In this document: positions 63,931-64,000 of the stretch, in pieces | How positions within the stretch are numbered: the first letter of the stretch is position 1 | Layout of the letters: each line of letters opens with the position of its first letter | Assembly (NCBI RefSeq): GCF_018977255.1 | Contig: NW_024704742.1 | Span: forward strand, 27,034,001-27,098,000 | DNA: 64,000 nt | DNA from: Callorhinchus milii | Taxonomy: Eukaryota | Reading direction: 5' to 3' | Notes under the pieces: generated by a model | What the model saw: only the letters and a program-made list of their open reading frames with translations | What the model was told of the DNA's origin: nothing | Databases searched by the model: none | Program-made: the position numbers and the translations under genes

Positions 63931-64000
63931 ACTTGTTATAACATTGTAGTTGGTTGTGGGGCATTTCCACTCTATGGTTGTTTGTGGGACTTCGTTGTGC

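Overview
Eukaryotic vertebrate genomic DNA, most likely a cartilaginous fish (inferred from the repeat families and compact introns; a holocephalan such as elephant shark is a guess). The window holds two convergent, tail-to-tail genes, both with 5' ends outside it. JADE1/PHF17 is on the + strand: 7 coding exons from 478 to 24089 encoding the EPC-N end, the PZP (PHD-Zn knuckle-PHD) module and the long C-terminal tail, with a probable 3' end near 26.9 kb. SCLT1 is on the - strand: 18 coding exons from 61101 down to 31258, all GT-AG and phase-consistent, encoding a coiled-coil protein. Introns carry tRNA-headed Deu-type SINEs, LF-SINE-like relics, two L2 LINE families, CR1 fragments, Tc1/mariner-type MITEs and an unclassified family that appears to have terminal inverted repeats. 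Main observations: (1) a 1-bp frameshift in the last JADE1 exon separates the conserved ...DIIRRSILAS C-terminus from the ORF; (2) SINE and L2 copies share a 3' stem-loop showing compensatory substitutions; (3) the SINEs show head swapping on a common tail; (4) the unclassified family has a perfect 18-bp inverted terminal match; (5) a ~300-bp diverged duplication lies in two SCLT1 introns. I found no convincing novel gene system. Repeat boundaries are approximate, read by eye.
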